This document shows, piece by piece, positions 12,701-21,939 of a stretch of 64,000 nt of DNA; position 1 is the first letter of the stretch, and each line of letters opens with the position of its first letter. The position numbers and the translations under genes were made by a program. Source of the DNA: Haliotis rufescens (taxonomy: Eukaryota); the NCBI RefSeq assembly GCF_023055435.1, contig NW_025964112.1, positions 63,984,001-64,048,000 on the forward strand. The letters are read 5' to 3'. A model generated the notes under the pieces. That model was not told the origin of the DNA and did no database searches. It saw only the letters and a list, made by a program, of their open reading frames with translations.

Positions 12701-15700
12701 GCCAAGTTCAGACCGCCTGCGTGGGATCTGAATGTGGTCTTAAAGGCTCTTCGGGAGGCTCCCTTCGAACCACTCCACACGTCTTCCTTTTACGACTTAA
12801 CGAAGAAGACAGTGTTTCTACTGGCCTTGGCTACTGCCGCCCGGGTTAGTGAGCTCCACGCCCTCGACGTCTCTCGGGTCAGGTTCGAACGCGGGACTCA
12901 TGGAGCAGTTCATCTTGGGCTGTGCTGGGACTTCATCGCAAAGAATCAACTCCCCGGACAGCCTGATAGATCCTTCACCATCCCTCCACTTTCGTCGATT
13001 GTGGGTGCCGACGACGTGGAGGAGCTCTTATTATGCCCAGTTAGGGCCCTGAAGGTTTTCCTGCGACGGTCTAAAGCCTGCCGTAAGTCTAGGAAACGCC
13101 TTTTCCTACCGGTCTCCCCTTCGTCGCTGTCGGAGGTCAGCCGGAATACTATCTCCCTGTGGCTCCGGGCGGTCATCCTCCAATCTTATAAAGTCGCCGG
13201 ATTGGACCCCCCCAAGGCTAACAACCCCCACGAGATTCGGGCGGTCGCGTCTACCATGGCTCTGCACAGTAACTGTTCCCTCAAATCTATCATGGAAGGC
13301 TGTTTTTGGCGTTCCGACACCGTTTTCGCCAACCACTACCTCCGTGATGTAGCCTTGGAAGATGTCGCTGGCGTTCATAGCTTTGGTCCCCTGGTGGTAG
13401 CTCAACAGGTCACCAACCCCCGACGCCACTGATTCTCCGTTACCCTGAGCGGGGCCCGTCGACCTCTCTGGTGTTTATCACCACAGATTAGAGGGCTCTA
13501 CTGCGTTCCGCATTCGCTCTTAGGTCAGTGCTAGTTTTGGCATTCCCGCCTCATACTATATCTGTCACCTATTTCGGGTTCCCTCTTTTGCATCGACTCT
13601 CGTTTCCTTTCAGAAGGAATGGTCGCTGGTGTTCCGGTCATCGCTTGTCCATGCGGTGCGATTTCATCGGACCTTTGTCGAGGGTTTTCTTCTGGCTCAC
13701 ATCTGAAGGTATGCCCACCGGCCGTGCCGTCTGATAAAGATGCAATACGGAGTAATGCAGGATAAGTTAAAAAATTTAGTAAAATCTAAATATTTTTTAC
13801 ATTTGTATACTTATCCTGCATTACGAAGTCTAAGTGCCCCCCCTGCGCTCCGCTTCCTCCCCACGAAGTTTCCGATGTTATGTTAAAGCAGTTATGAGTT
13901 TTGACATGACGTCATGTCTTCCGGGTCACGTGCCGACTGTGTGGGAGGGGGCGCTGCTTCCTGGACAGATGGAAACAACTTTCTTCAGCAGCTGGATCTC
14001 ACACAGTTCGTCTCTCTGTCAAAGACAGCAGTAAATGCAATACGGAGTAATGCAGGATAAGTATACAAATGTAAAAAATATTTAGATTTTACTAATACTG
14101 CGACCATACTGATACTGGTGTATTGCAGGTAATACAGAGGTGACCAGATTGATGCTGCAGGCGGGGGCCAAGGTTCATCACATAAACTCAGTCAACAGAA
14201 CAGCCTCTCAGATGGCAGCCTTTGTCGGTAGGTGGAGTCAATGTATATCACAGAGTTTAATTAGGATAGGAGACAAGTTACTTTTAAAGTTGCTTATTTC
14301 TAAATAACTCTAAAAGTATGTTGACACATTTTGTCTTAAGGTGTAATGTACTTTGATTAATGAAAATATCTTAGGATTTGATCATTTTTGAACGATTAAA
14401 CATACACATCATTGTTTATATATGCTTGTCTTATATTGTATTTGGGTTTCTCAAATTATCTTTTTGAATCTTTTCAGGTCAACATCAGTGTGTTTCAGTC
14501 ATTAATAACTTCTTCCCCAAAGAAGACATCGAATACTACACTGTGCCACAAGGTGACTATTCTGTTGTGTTTACACCTCTTTAAATATAGATTGATGCCC
14601 ATTCATGGTTATTAGTTTCAAAAGGAATGGGAAGATCCCAACTCAGTGAATACACTTTTTCGAACAAACAATAAGAAAACAATAAGAATTGATAAGAGGA
14701 AACAATCCAAATCTTGACAGTGGTCAGATCCTTTGACATGGACAACAAAACTGTGTTCTATGCATTGGGGTTATAGTGTTATGTGTGTTATGTTGCAGGT
14801 TTGGAAACAGAAGCTAAGCTGCCTGCAGCCATTGCCCCTTCCTTGCTGACCCTGGTGAACTCTGTTAATATGCACCCAGTGAAGGTGAGTACTGCACCCT
14901 ACTCATCACTCATACCCATATTGGAGAGGGTGCACAGGGGGGGGCAACTCTAGGTGCTTCTGTGCAGAGTTGCACCCCTTTCCCATGACAGAATCCCCTG
15001 CATTCGTCACCACTCGCCCCTTTCCATAACCTGCAAGAAGACTCCCCCCCTCTCGATGAATGTTATGTGCAAAAATACGACAAACCAATCAGAATGCGCT
15101 TATGATTTCAAGTTCTTTGTCGAAGAATCCGACAGATATAATTTTTGATTTTTCATATGTCTTGCATCTAAAAATATACCCAAGACACAGTTAAATGTGT
15201 TCAATCATACTGTATAATTCCGCATGTCCAGATGTGCTTTATTTTGTATCTGAAATATATATGATATATGGGGAAATATATAATTGAACCATTCCGCAAC
15301 GAGTTGACAATTGTTTAGGTATGCCTGTTAGCTTGCGCTAAGATGGAACCCATTCGCAAAAATGGCCATGAGAGGGGCACGAGTCGCTATTCGGCTTGTC
15401 CCGGTATAACACGAGTTGGTCACGAATGAATCCCCTGATCAGAGGTACATTTGGATCATGATCCTTGGTCTGTCTGCATCATACCCTACTCATGGCTTGT
15501 GTTATCTCCCATGTAAATTTGTCATCTTCAGATGATTCTTGTTCTAAATTAAACGTGAAATACTTTCAAAGCAACCTACTCACTATAGCTGAAATGAAGC
15601 AAGGTATTTTCAAGACGGATATGACACAAACAATTATTTCTTCTTTGAAATTGTACTTGTTTCTCTCAGCTGGGTATTTTTCATTGTGCACGTGAATATT

Positions 15701-18700
15701 AATAGTCTATAGCTCACACGCTTTTCCTTAGAGAGTTTTTTAGAATAATTTTGTCAAGAGACCTGGTTTATGGTGTGACCGATGGGTGTGTGTTTGCAGA
15801 TTGCGTTGTACATGAAGGATCACAAGGAGCTCCAGGAAGATTGGTACAAGGTGACAAGGGTGCTGGACCTGCTGGTGGAGAGGAACATGAAGTCCCGGGA
15901 GACCAACGACGTGCTGGCGCTCAAGCTGCACTACCTGGCCACCATCATCAGGAATACAGCAAAGGCTGCTCTGGACAAGGACGGAGACATGGAGCCATGG
16001 ATCAAGAGGTGAGTAATTATCTGTCTCATTACCAATATAAGCTACCAAAGTCACAAGCCTGAGGTCAAGTTCAAGACATTAGTTTTGACAATGGCCAATA
16101 TAAATTCATGGTTATCAGCCATCAATACAACTGTAAAAATAGCTGCATGAATGTATTTTATTCAGAATGAATTATATCAGTGGTTGCTATGACAACACTG
16201 GTATGTTGCAGCTTGTTAAAGGGTTGTGGTGTCGCAGTATGTATGATGCAGTGGTTGCTATGACAACACTTGTATTTGCAGCTTGTTAAAGGGTTGTGCT
16301 GTTGCAATATGTATGATGCAGTGGTTGCTATGACAACACTGGTATGTTGCAGCTTGTTAAAGGATTATGGTGTTGCAGTATGTATGATGCAGTGGTTGCT
16401 ATGACAACTCTGGTGTGTTTCAGCTTGTTGAAGGGTCGTGATGGTGATGCGTTCCCAGAGAAGCAGGAGCGTTTGATCCGCCAGTCCCTGAAGGAGTTCC
16501 CGTACGTGGAGTCCCAGCTGCTGCAACAGGTCGTCAGGCAGATTGCCCCCGTCAAGATGGTGAGTCACATGAGGGAACACAAGAACCACAAGTCTAGTTT
16601 AACTGGTACCATTACATAAGTTTTAAGTTAAGTTCAAAAGGTCTTGAAATCTCTTTCCCGAAGTACTTAGGTGTAAAGAAGGGGTGACTGCTGCCATGGA
16701 CTTCGGAGTGGATATAGTGTGTGTCCAGAGAGTGGAAGCTCATACCAAAAGATATTGTTATACCTCCATTAAGAATATTCCAATTCCACTGGTATTTCCG
16801 TACCATATGACAAAACAATACATTTCCATGACTGACACTGACATCGAATATTGACTAGTTACATGATCAGTTTTGATCTGTCACATGATGGATATTGACT
16901 CTTCTGCTAGAAAACAAGATGGTGTCTAGTACTGACATTTCACAGTCTGCAGCTAAGTTACTGTAATCAAAGGGGGGGGAAGGGGGGGGGGCACAAAGTT
17001 ACTTATCATCTCAAGACCGATCCTGCAATTGCCCTGTCCATGTTTCTATATGTAAACTGTTGCCAGGGTAACTTTGTGAAGTTCCTGTGGATGTCAGTTG
17101 CCAGGGAGACTGTTAAGTCTCTGTCAATATTAATGGCTCTATGACAACTGTTGCCATGGAGATTGTGAAGGCCCTATTGATACTAATGACTGTATGACAA
17201 CTGTTGCCAGGGAGACTGTAAAGTCCCTGTTGATATTAATGGCTGTATGACAGCTGTTGCCAGGGAGACTGTGAAGGCCCTGTTGATATTAATGGCTGTA
17301 TGACAACTGTTGCCAGGGAGACTGTAAAGGCCCTGTTAATATTAATGGCTGTATTACAACTGTTGCCATGGAGATTTTGAAGGCCCTGTTGATATTAATG
17401 GCTATATGTAAACTGTTGCTAGGGAGACTGTAAAGCCCTTGTTGATATTAATGGCTATATGTAAACTGTTGCCAGGGAGACTGTGGGAAGCCCCTGTCGA
17501 TAATCATGGCTATATGTAAACTGTTGCTAGGGAGAAGGTGTGACAGCTCTGTCCATGTTGATGGCGAGTATCAATGGTCAGCAGTACGGCTGGGATGAGG
17601 ACACCAGCTGCTCCACATGTGGGACACAGAACCCCGAGAAGAAGTGCTCGGCTTGTAAAATGGTGAGTACTGGTAGATTGGAGTCACAGACATCACAGTA
17701 ATAAACTCCAGAGACATTGAGCATACGTGTGCAATTATGAATCTTAACTGATCAGTTTCCTTTTTGTTCTTTTAATTTTGAAAGAGGGTTTGATCTTGCA
17801 CAACATGACGTCTCCCCTGTGCTGAGGGGCATACGGAAACAACATGTATAAATACTGACAGTTTTGTTGTTGTCACTAGGTGGGTTACTGCAACCAGCAG
17901 TGCCAGAAACTACACTGGTTCACACACAAGAAGTTCTGTAAACAGTTAGCAGGTAAGGGACACATGCTTCTTGTGTAGATTTATATCACTGTCTGTGGTA
18001 CGATTAAAGACTAGGTCTAAAGAATTTGATGTCAAACTTACAGTAAGCAGAATGAAGAAAGAGGGTTTGAGGACATGCAGGTTGTGGGTGTTTGCTACTT
18101 TAGTGAACCCCATGAACAATTTTATGATGCTGCAAGACCAATGATTTGACCATCAGACAGCTGGTGCAAAGGGACATAACTCTGGAGAAGTATAGTTAAA
18201 ACAATGTCTGTGTGACATTGGGTTCAAGTGTCATTGTTTTGTCAAGCTTGTGTTTCAGTATTGCTCTTATTATTGAGTGCATATATTAAATGTTGCTTTT
18301 GCTGACAACATCATGCACAGTTTTGGTCATGGTAAACCATCACAGGTTTTGATGAAAATCTGATCACTGGAGATGGAGCACCCGTGAAGATCCAGGGTAG
18401 AATAGGTCTTGGGCAACCCTTGCTTGCCGTAAAAGGCGACTACGCTTGTCGAAAGAAGCGACTAACGGGATCGGGTGGTCAGACTCGGTGTCTTGGTTGG
18501 TGCATGTCATCGTATCCCAATTGCTTGGATCGATGATTATGATGTCAATCACTGGATTGTCTGGTCCAGACTCAATTATTTACAGACCGCTGTCATATGG
18601 CTGGAATGTTGCTGAGTGCAGCGTTAAAAAAGAAACAAAACTGGAGATGGAGATATTTTTATGCATGGTTATCCTGATTGGTGCTGAATTCTTCCTTCAT

Positions 18701-19584
18701 GGAGTCCACTAAAAGCCAGTATTGATCCACTCACCAAAGGTTGGAGTGTATTTCATTATGTAATCTTTTGTTCGTTGTGTAAAGTGTAAAATTTATCAAA
18801 ATGTATTACAGATGTTCAGGGTAGTAATTGTTTAATTTTGGTCACAGACAGCTAAAGGGGAGTTGAAATGAAATCTTGTATGCTGCATCAGTCGCGCCAG
18901 GTCAGTAATGGCTGCCTTGTTTGTTGCAGAAGAGAATGTGAGACGTGAGGAAGTGAGGAAGCAGCGAGAGGCAGAAGAGAAGAGACAGCAGGAGGAAGCA
19001 CAGAAGAAGAAAGCAGAAGAGGAACAGGCAAAGGAGGAAGAGGGGAAAGAGAGGCAGCGTCAGGTTGATGAGCTGCACGAGCGAATGAAAGAGGTTGGCG
19101 TGGGAGATCTTATAGGTAAGGGTGTGTCATGACGTTACTGTATTATTTGTGGTATGCAAGAAGGGCCACTAGAGTTCCTGTCTGTTTACAAAGGGGCATA
19201 ACTCTTGTAGTCAATTATGACAATGGCACTGACTTAAGTTCAAAATGTGGCATCTTTACTAAATCCTCAGCCACAACCTCATTACAGGTGTTAATAGTTC
19301 CCATGACTTGATGTCCACAGATCTGTTGAGAAAATAACCTATCATTTGATTTGGATTCATTGGAAAATTGGTCTTCAGACATTAAACTGTTGGCAGGTAT
19401 CATGCAAATATTTTCTACTGTTTCAGAATCACAAGGCTGTGAGACAAAGACTGATTCCAATAAGAAAGATGAGGAGAATGAGAGCGGAAAGACCCTGTCT
19501 TCTGTCACAGAAAATGGCAACACATCAGTAACAGAAGACACTAACCAGAAGCCCCAGCCAGACACAGCCAGCATAGCTAGCTGA
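3727..19584 (+). CDS. ANKMY2: Ankyrin repeat and MYND domain-containing protein 2, 12 exons, 474 aa
   Basis: Exons 3727-3793, 5667-5731, 7525-7663, 14129-14227, 14478-14552, 14799-14884, 15800-16008, 16424-16559, 17531-17662, 17880-17952, 18930-19115, 19427-19584; all GT-AG, phases consistent, total 1425 nt. [14 protein letters not shown] start, ankyrin repeats ([36 protein letters not shown]), MYND finger [26 protein letters not shown], acidic coiled-coil tail. Confidence 0.96.
4719..5062. mobile_element. Tc1/mariner/pogo-type MITE
   Basis: TIR ctgtatttgacgtaataagcgccc / gggcgcttattacgtcgaatacgg, flanked by TA on both sides. Confidence 0.75.
5113..5591. mobile_element. Possible degenerate MITE
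   Basis: Imperfect inverted ends cagtgctccagata / tatctggagccatg; no clear TSD. Confidence 0.4.
6338..6617 (+). mobile_element. tRNA-headed SINE, family S1
   Basis: A-box-like tggcctagtcgt, decayed B box, tail gtgttaaacccaactcactca, TSD ctttcatag (6329-6337 / 6618-6626); homologous to 61968-62254. Confidence 0.85.
6672..7495 (+). mobile_element. Helentron/DINE-1-like non-autonomous element with internal ~170-bp tandem repeats
   Basis: Decayed 5' hairpin cccc..aacaaagttggcagggg, (GTCC/GT) microsatellite, about 4 core repeats beginning tttccggagcataactca, 3' gggcggggga; homologous to 42626-43317. Confidence 0.75.
8075..8252. repeat. DIRS left inverted terminal repeat
   Basis: Reverse complement of 13885-14062 with one mismatch seen (8099). 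Confidence 0.95.
8703..10435 (+). pseudogene. DIRS gag-like ORF1 with an apparent 1-nt frameshift near 9231 (577 aa if repaired)
   Basis: ATG 8703 MSRCSRC...DPHPCCLDC...CSYC Cys/His N-terminus, Pro-rich 33-nt repeats; ggtcgcaa instead of repeat-consistent ggtccgcaa shifts into ORF 9263-10435 (RS-rich segment, basic C-terminus). Confidence 0.85.
10338..12380 (+). CDS. DIRS reverse transcriptase - RNase H - adenine methyltransferase-like polyprotein
   Basis: [36 protein letters not shown]; RNase [36 protein letters not shown]; MT-like IDLFAT...DAFSVPW...YAFPPP. Frame open from 10248, first ATG lies inside the RT domain. Confidence 0.95.
   Translation: MGQGVVVVEPVALTNPEGIVAPARGPIPPQSVDRRHLNDWDLPPPVVPVTDTPVGGRLGRFWRNWSILEDPFVTDILRQGYRLPLSALPPLTSTPSTAAYSPHQLRPLHDSILSLLQKEAIEIVHDPARHPGFYSPVFLVPKKGTTSWRMIHNLSTFNRLYLERPPYFRMTTLRLLRTRISAGDSLISLDIQDAYLHVPIHPNDRRFLRFLFNGTHYQWAVLPFGISTAPWLFTRITRPVAAYLHLRNINFDPYIDDCLLNNRDSALLLRHRDFTLRLFNQLGWIVNQTKSELIPSFRLQFIGGLFLTDLDLLQVPRDRWLKILAHLFPALQQARTLRQWQVLLGLLTSAQDLTARGRLQLRPIQRFLAPFIRQQDPESLIVLPVHLHPFLRWWTVESNVCGGVSLTALQPSLHLFVDASKQGWGAHLGTQTVAGLWSGDRLFWHSNNLELEALILAVSHWQNILRHGQLAISTDNITVVWCLRNQGTLHSQSLLNQTFRFFDLVDRLDLQFLVQHIPGCRNVLADALSRPDKVAPTEWRLHPEIFTVLCQTIASPNIDLFATSQNCQLPTYISPVPDPAAEAVDAFSVPWEGLSAYAFPPPVLLPRVLQKIRATRHLTLILVAPWWPARSWFVDLRNVARDNPLELPAWSNLLLHPHSRLPHPSPARFHLHAWHICKKP
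10436..12082 (+). CDS. Long ORF overlapping RT, in frame with gag upstream and YR downstream (probable N-terminal extension of the recombinase ORF)
   Basis: No stop from the gag TGA (10433-10435) to TGA 12080-12082, and none from 12083 to 13432; ORF track 10520-12082. Confidence 0.7.
   Translation, partial: PAAPQRLGPPTPSRSGHRHTCGWETRPVLEKLVHTGGPVRHRHPPSGLPAPIVCAASSDVYSVNGRLFTPPASAPSRQHPFPTAEGGHRDRTRPGSTPRILLSGVSGAQEGDHQLAHDTQSLHFQPALPGTSSLLPNDDVATAQDENLSWRFPDQPRHPGRLSSCPHPPQRPALPQVPFQWYPLPVGGPTIWNFYGPVAFHTDHPPGRRLPTPEEHQLRSIHRRLSPQQSGLGVATASQGFYPAALQSVGLDRQSDQVGADPIVPSAVYRGPVSHGSGPPSSPQRQVVENPRSSLPCPSTGSNSPPMAGSIGSPHVGSRPDCQRSPPAPSNSTVSRTLYPAAGSGVPHRPPGPPPPLPPMVDGGIERLRRRLLDRATALPPPVRRRIQTGLGGSSGDSNSCRAVVRRSTLLAQQQPRTRSSHTGRLPLAEHSPARPVGHLHGQHHRGVVSEESGYSPLSVPAQPDLPIFRPGGPFRLAIPCSAHSRLPECSGRRSVQAGQGGSHRMATPPRDLHSPLSNDRLSKHRSVRHVSELPAADLHLAGPGSGR
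12212..13432 (+). CDS. DIRS tyrosine recombinase
   Basis: Catalytic motifs TAARVSEL (R), HEIR (HxxR), GCFW (W), FANHY (Y). Confidence 0.95.
   Translation: MVAGQKLVCRPPQRRQRQPSRTASVVQPSASPTQSVAPPKSRSVSSARLAHLQKALGAKGYSTRAAKAIAFAHRPSTRGLYDDKWSSFQVFCSDKHQDPMTASPQFLAEFLLYLRSTRRLKGSTISTYLVAINSVLAIPDNRRMTKIPELQAMLRSFRLDDQKAKFRPPAWDLNVVLKALREAPFEPLHTSSFYDLTKKTVFLLALATAARVSELHALDVSRVRFERGTHGAVHLGLCWDFIAKNQLPGQPDRSFTIPPLSSIVGADDVEELLLCPVRALKVFLRRSKACRKSRKRLFLPVSPSSLSEVSRNTISLWLRAVILQSYKVAGLDPPKANNPHEIRAVASTMALHSNCSLKSIMEGCFWRSDTVFANHYLRDVALEDVAGVHSFGPLVVAQQVTNPRRH
13740..13824. repeat. DIRS internal complementary region (ICR)
   Basis: First half complementary to the element left end (8064-8101), second half to the right end (14047-14095), joined at tta 13776-13778. 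Confidence 0.93.
13885..14062. repeat. DIRS right inverted terminal repeat
   Basis: Reverse complement of 8075-8252, followed by a 33-nt right extension ending in TAA. Confidence 0.95.
15001..15428. mobile_element. MITE family C
   Basis: TIR cattcgtcaccactcg / cgagttggtcacgaatg, 9-bp TSD aatcccctg (14992-15000 / 15429-15437); related fragments at 43974-44460. Confidence 0.85.
16178..16436 (+). repeat. 70-71-bp tandem repeat (about 3.6 copies) spanning the ANKMY2 exon 8 acceptor
   Basis: cagtggttgctatgacaac at 16178, 16249, 16319, 16390. Confidence 0.92.
17030..17565 (+). repeat. 53-bp tandem repeat (about 10 copies) spanning the ANKMY2 exon 9 acceptor
   Basis: ctgttgc(c/t)a(g/t)ggaga at 17148, 17201, 17254, 17307, 17360, 17413, 17466, 17521 plus degenerate copies upstream. 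Confidence 0.92.
18379..18639 (+). mobile_element. SINE-like retroposon, family S2 (full length)
   Basis: Starts acccgtgaagatcc, ends gagtgcagcgttaaaaaagaaac; 13-bp TSD actggagatggag. Confidence 0.9.
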
Positions 19585-20375
19585 TCACAGTCTCAGCAAC
19601 AAAAAGTTGTCCCTCAAGAGCCTAATCAGCAATCCTGGTCTTCTGGCCAATAATGTCTATTAACCATTAAGTTTATGTTTGTGAACCACACCCATCTCAA
19701 TGCACTCCTTGTATTGTGGTCAGCAGCAAGAAGGTTTACAGTAGTATGTGCTCCTCGTCGCCAGTCCTTCAGCCATCCAAAGCACAAACATGATGACATA
19801 CTGCCCTGCCTACACTGCTTGTCATCATTAGCTGGTGCACCTTCTAATGAATCATGTGTCACCATGTTTGATTGCCCTCTCCGCATGTGGATGAGCTGTA
19901 GCCCAGGACAGACTTGACACAGTATTATGTAACTAATAGAAGAAATGAGTTATCATACACAAATACAGGCCATTTTTATGACATTAAAATGACAAAAAAG
20001 ATCTGGTTTGATGTGAAAGTGTCTTGATAGGTTTTCCTAGAATCTTATTTCATCTTTGTATTATTTAATGATGAATGTGAACAACAAAAAAATGACAGTA
20101 ACCTAAAATGTCTCAATCTCATTGCAGAACTCATTTTGGCTGTTCCCTCCAACTGCTCAATATTTACAAGACAGAGGCCCTTTTGACTGTGTTAGAAAGT
20201 ATGCACATATTTCCCTTGATATTGTTCTTTGTTTGTTGTCTTCAAGACCCCTGTAGTTAGGTTCTTGGGAATCTTCTATTTGATGTCATTGAAGTCCGTC
20301 TCCTCATGGTTAATTTCTAGGGGTGTCCTCAAGAACTATCACTACGAGTGTCTGCTGCATTCATGCCTATGGGTG

Positions 20376-21297
20376 TCATCTTCAGGGTACATCACTGTGG
20401 AGATCTTTGGGGTACATCACTGTGGAGATCTTCGGGGTACATCACTGTGGAGATCTTCTTCGTACATCACTGTGGAGATCTACGGGGTACATCACTGTGG
20501 AGATCTTCAGGGTACATCACTGTGGAGATCTTCGTACATCACTGTAGAGATCTACAGGGTACATCACCGTGGGGATCTTCAGGGTACATCACTGTGGAGA
20601 TCTTCGGGGTACATCACTGTGGAGATCTCCAGGGTACATAACTGTGGAGATCTTCGGGGTATATCACTGTGGAGATCTTCGGGGTACATCACTGTGGAGA
20701 TCTTCAGGGTACAACACGCTGGAGATCTTCGGGGTACAACATCCTGGATATCTTCAGGGTACATCACTGTGGGGATCTTCAGGGTACATCACTGGAGATC
20801 TTCGTGGTACATCACTGTGGGGATCTTCAGGGTACATCACTGTGGAGATCTTTAGCGTACATCACTGTGGAGATCTTTGGGGTACAACATCCTGGATATC
20901 TTCAGGGTACATCACTGTGGGGATCTTCAGGGTACATCACTGTGGAGATCTTTGGGGTACATCACTGTGGAGATCTTTGGGGTACATCACTGTGAAGATC
21001 TTTGGGGTACATCACTGTGGAGATCTTTGGGGTACATCACTGTGGAGATCTTCAGGGTACAACACCCTTGAGATCTTTGGGGTACAACATCCTGGATATC
21101 TTCAGGGTACATCACTGTGGAGATCTTCGGGGTACATCACTGTGGGGATCTTCAGGGTACATCACTGTGGGGATCTTCAGGGTACATCACTGTGGAGATC
21201 TTCAGGGTACAACATCCTGGATGTCTTCAGGGTACATCACTGTGGAGATCTTCAGGGTACATCACTGTGGAGATCTTCAGGGTACATCCCTGTGGTG
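20376..21297. repeat. 25-bp minisatellite (about 36 copies), probably inside the ANKMY2 3' UTR
   Basis: Unit cagggtacatcactgtggagatctt; candidate AATAAA at 21827-21832 downstream. Confidence 0.95.
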
Positions 21298-21939
21298 GTC
21301 TTGGGGTCCCGTCCCTGTGATGGTCTTTTTCCAGTTTTGTTGTCTCTGTAACAACCCAGCAAATGTTACATATGTTTGGGGTCATTGTTTTCAAGTTTAT
21401 TTGAATGATACATGGTATTGTTGTTTTTGTGACCATTACATTCGAGATCATGTGGCATAACTATACCAGTTTTAAATATACTACTACCCTTGTCAATATA
21501 ATATTCAGCTATTAGCCATTACAGTTGTCTGAAGTTAAATCACAGTAATCATTGCTCATCAGCTCGTCATTGCTGTGTCAGTGTAAGACTAATTGCTAAG
21601 GAGTTGATGTGGTCAGTGTATTTCAGTGGAAGACTCTGTCTCTCTGTGGGGACAGTGGGTAGCCCTGTGTTAGTGGGTGCAGTTCCCTACATTGACTGTT
21701 TGTGGAACCCTTTCTTGTGACGTACCTGAAGGTCAACCAAGAACACATGGAGGAAGACATGTGGTTGCTTGTTAGGTGTTGTCTCTTTGCCTGTTTTGTA
21801 ATGGAGTACTCATTGTCAGTGTGTTCAATAAATCATGAGTTACCTTTATAGAAGGTTATCAGTCTTCTTTGATGAATGAATGCAAATTCTGTATGGGCCT
21901 TGGATAATGTTTAAAAAAGTGCTGATACCCACAGGATAC

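Larger units (their letters stand above)
8064..14095 (+). mobile_element. Full-length DIRS1-type tyrosine-recombinase retrotransposon (6032 bp) in ANKMY2 intron 3, same orientation as host
   Basis: gag, RT-RNaseH-MT and YR ORFs; 178-bp ITRs; internal complementary region; TAA trinucleotide at both ends and at the ICR junction; no longer TSD. Confidence 0.97.

Noticed and set aside
9248-13429. Short antisense and alternative-frame ORFs inside DIRS
   Set aside because: Expected by-products of GC-rich, dual-coding sequence; no motifs
16971-16992. G-runs as G-quadruplex elements (also 48730-48762)
   Set aside because: Simple homopolymer tracts, error-prone in assemblies, with no supporting context
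18446-18712. Recurrent peptide [24 protein letters not shown] (also 32780, 43973, 45762, 46213, 47878, 61312) as a gene family
   Set aside because: Chance translation of S2 retroposon copies, with variable frames and stops
20229-21460. Cluster of overlapping ORFs
   Set aside because: All are frame-rotating translations of the 25-bp minisatellite
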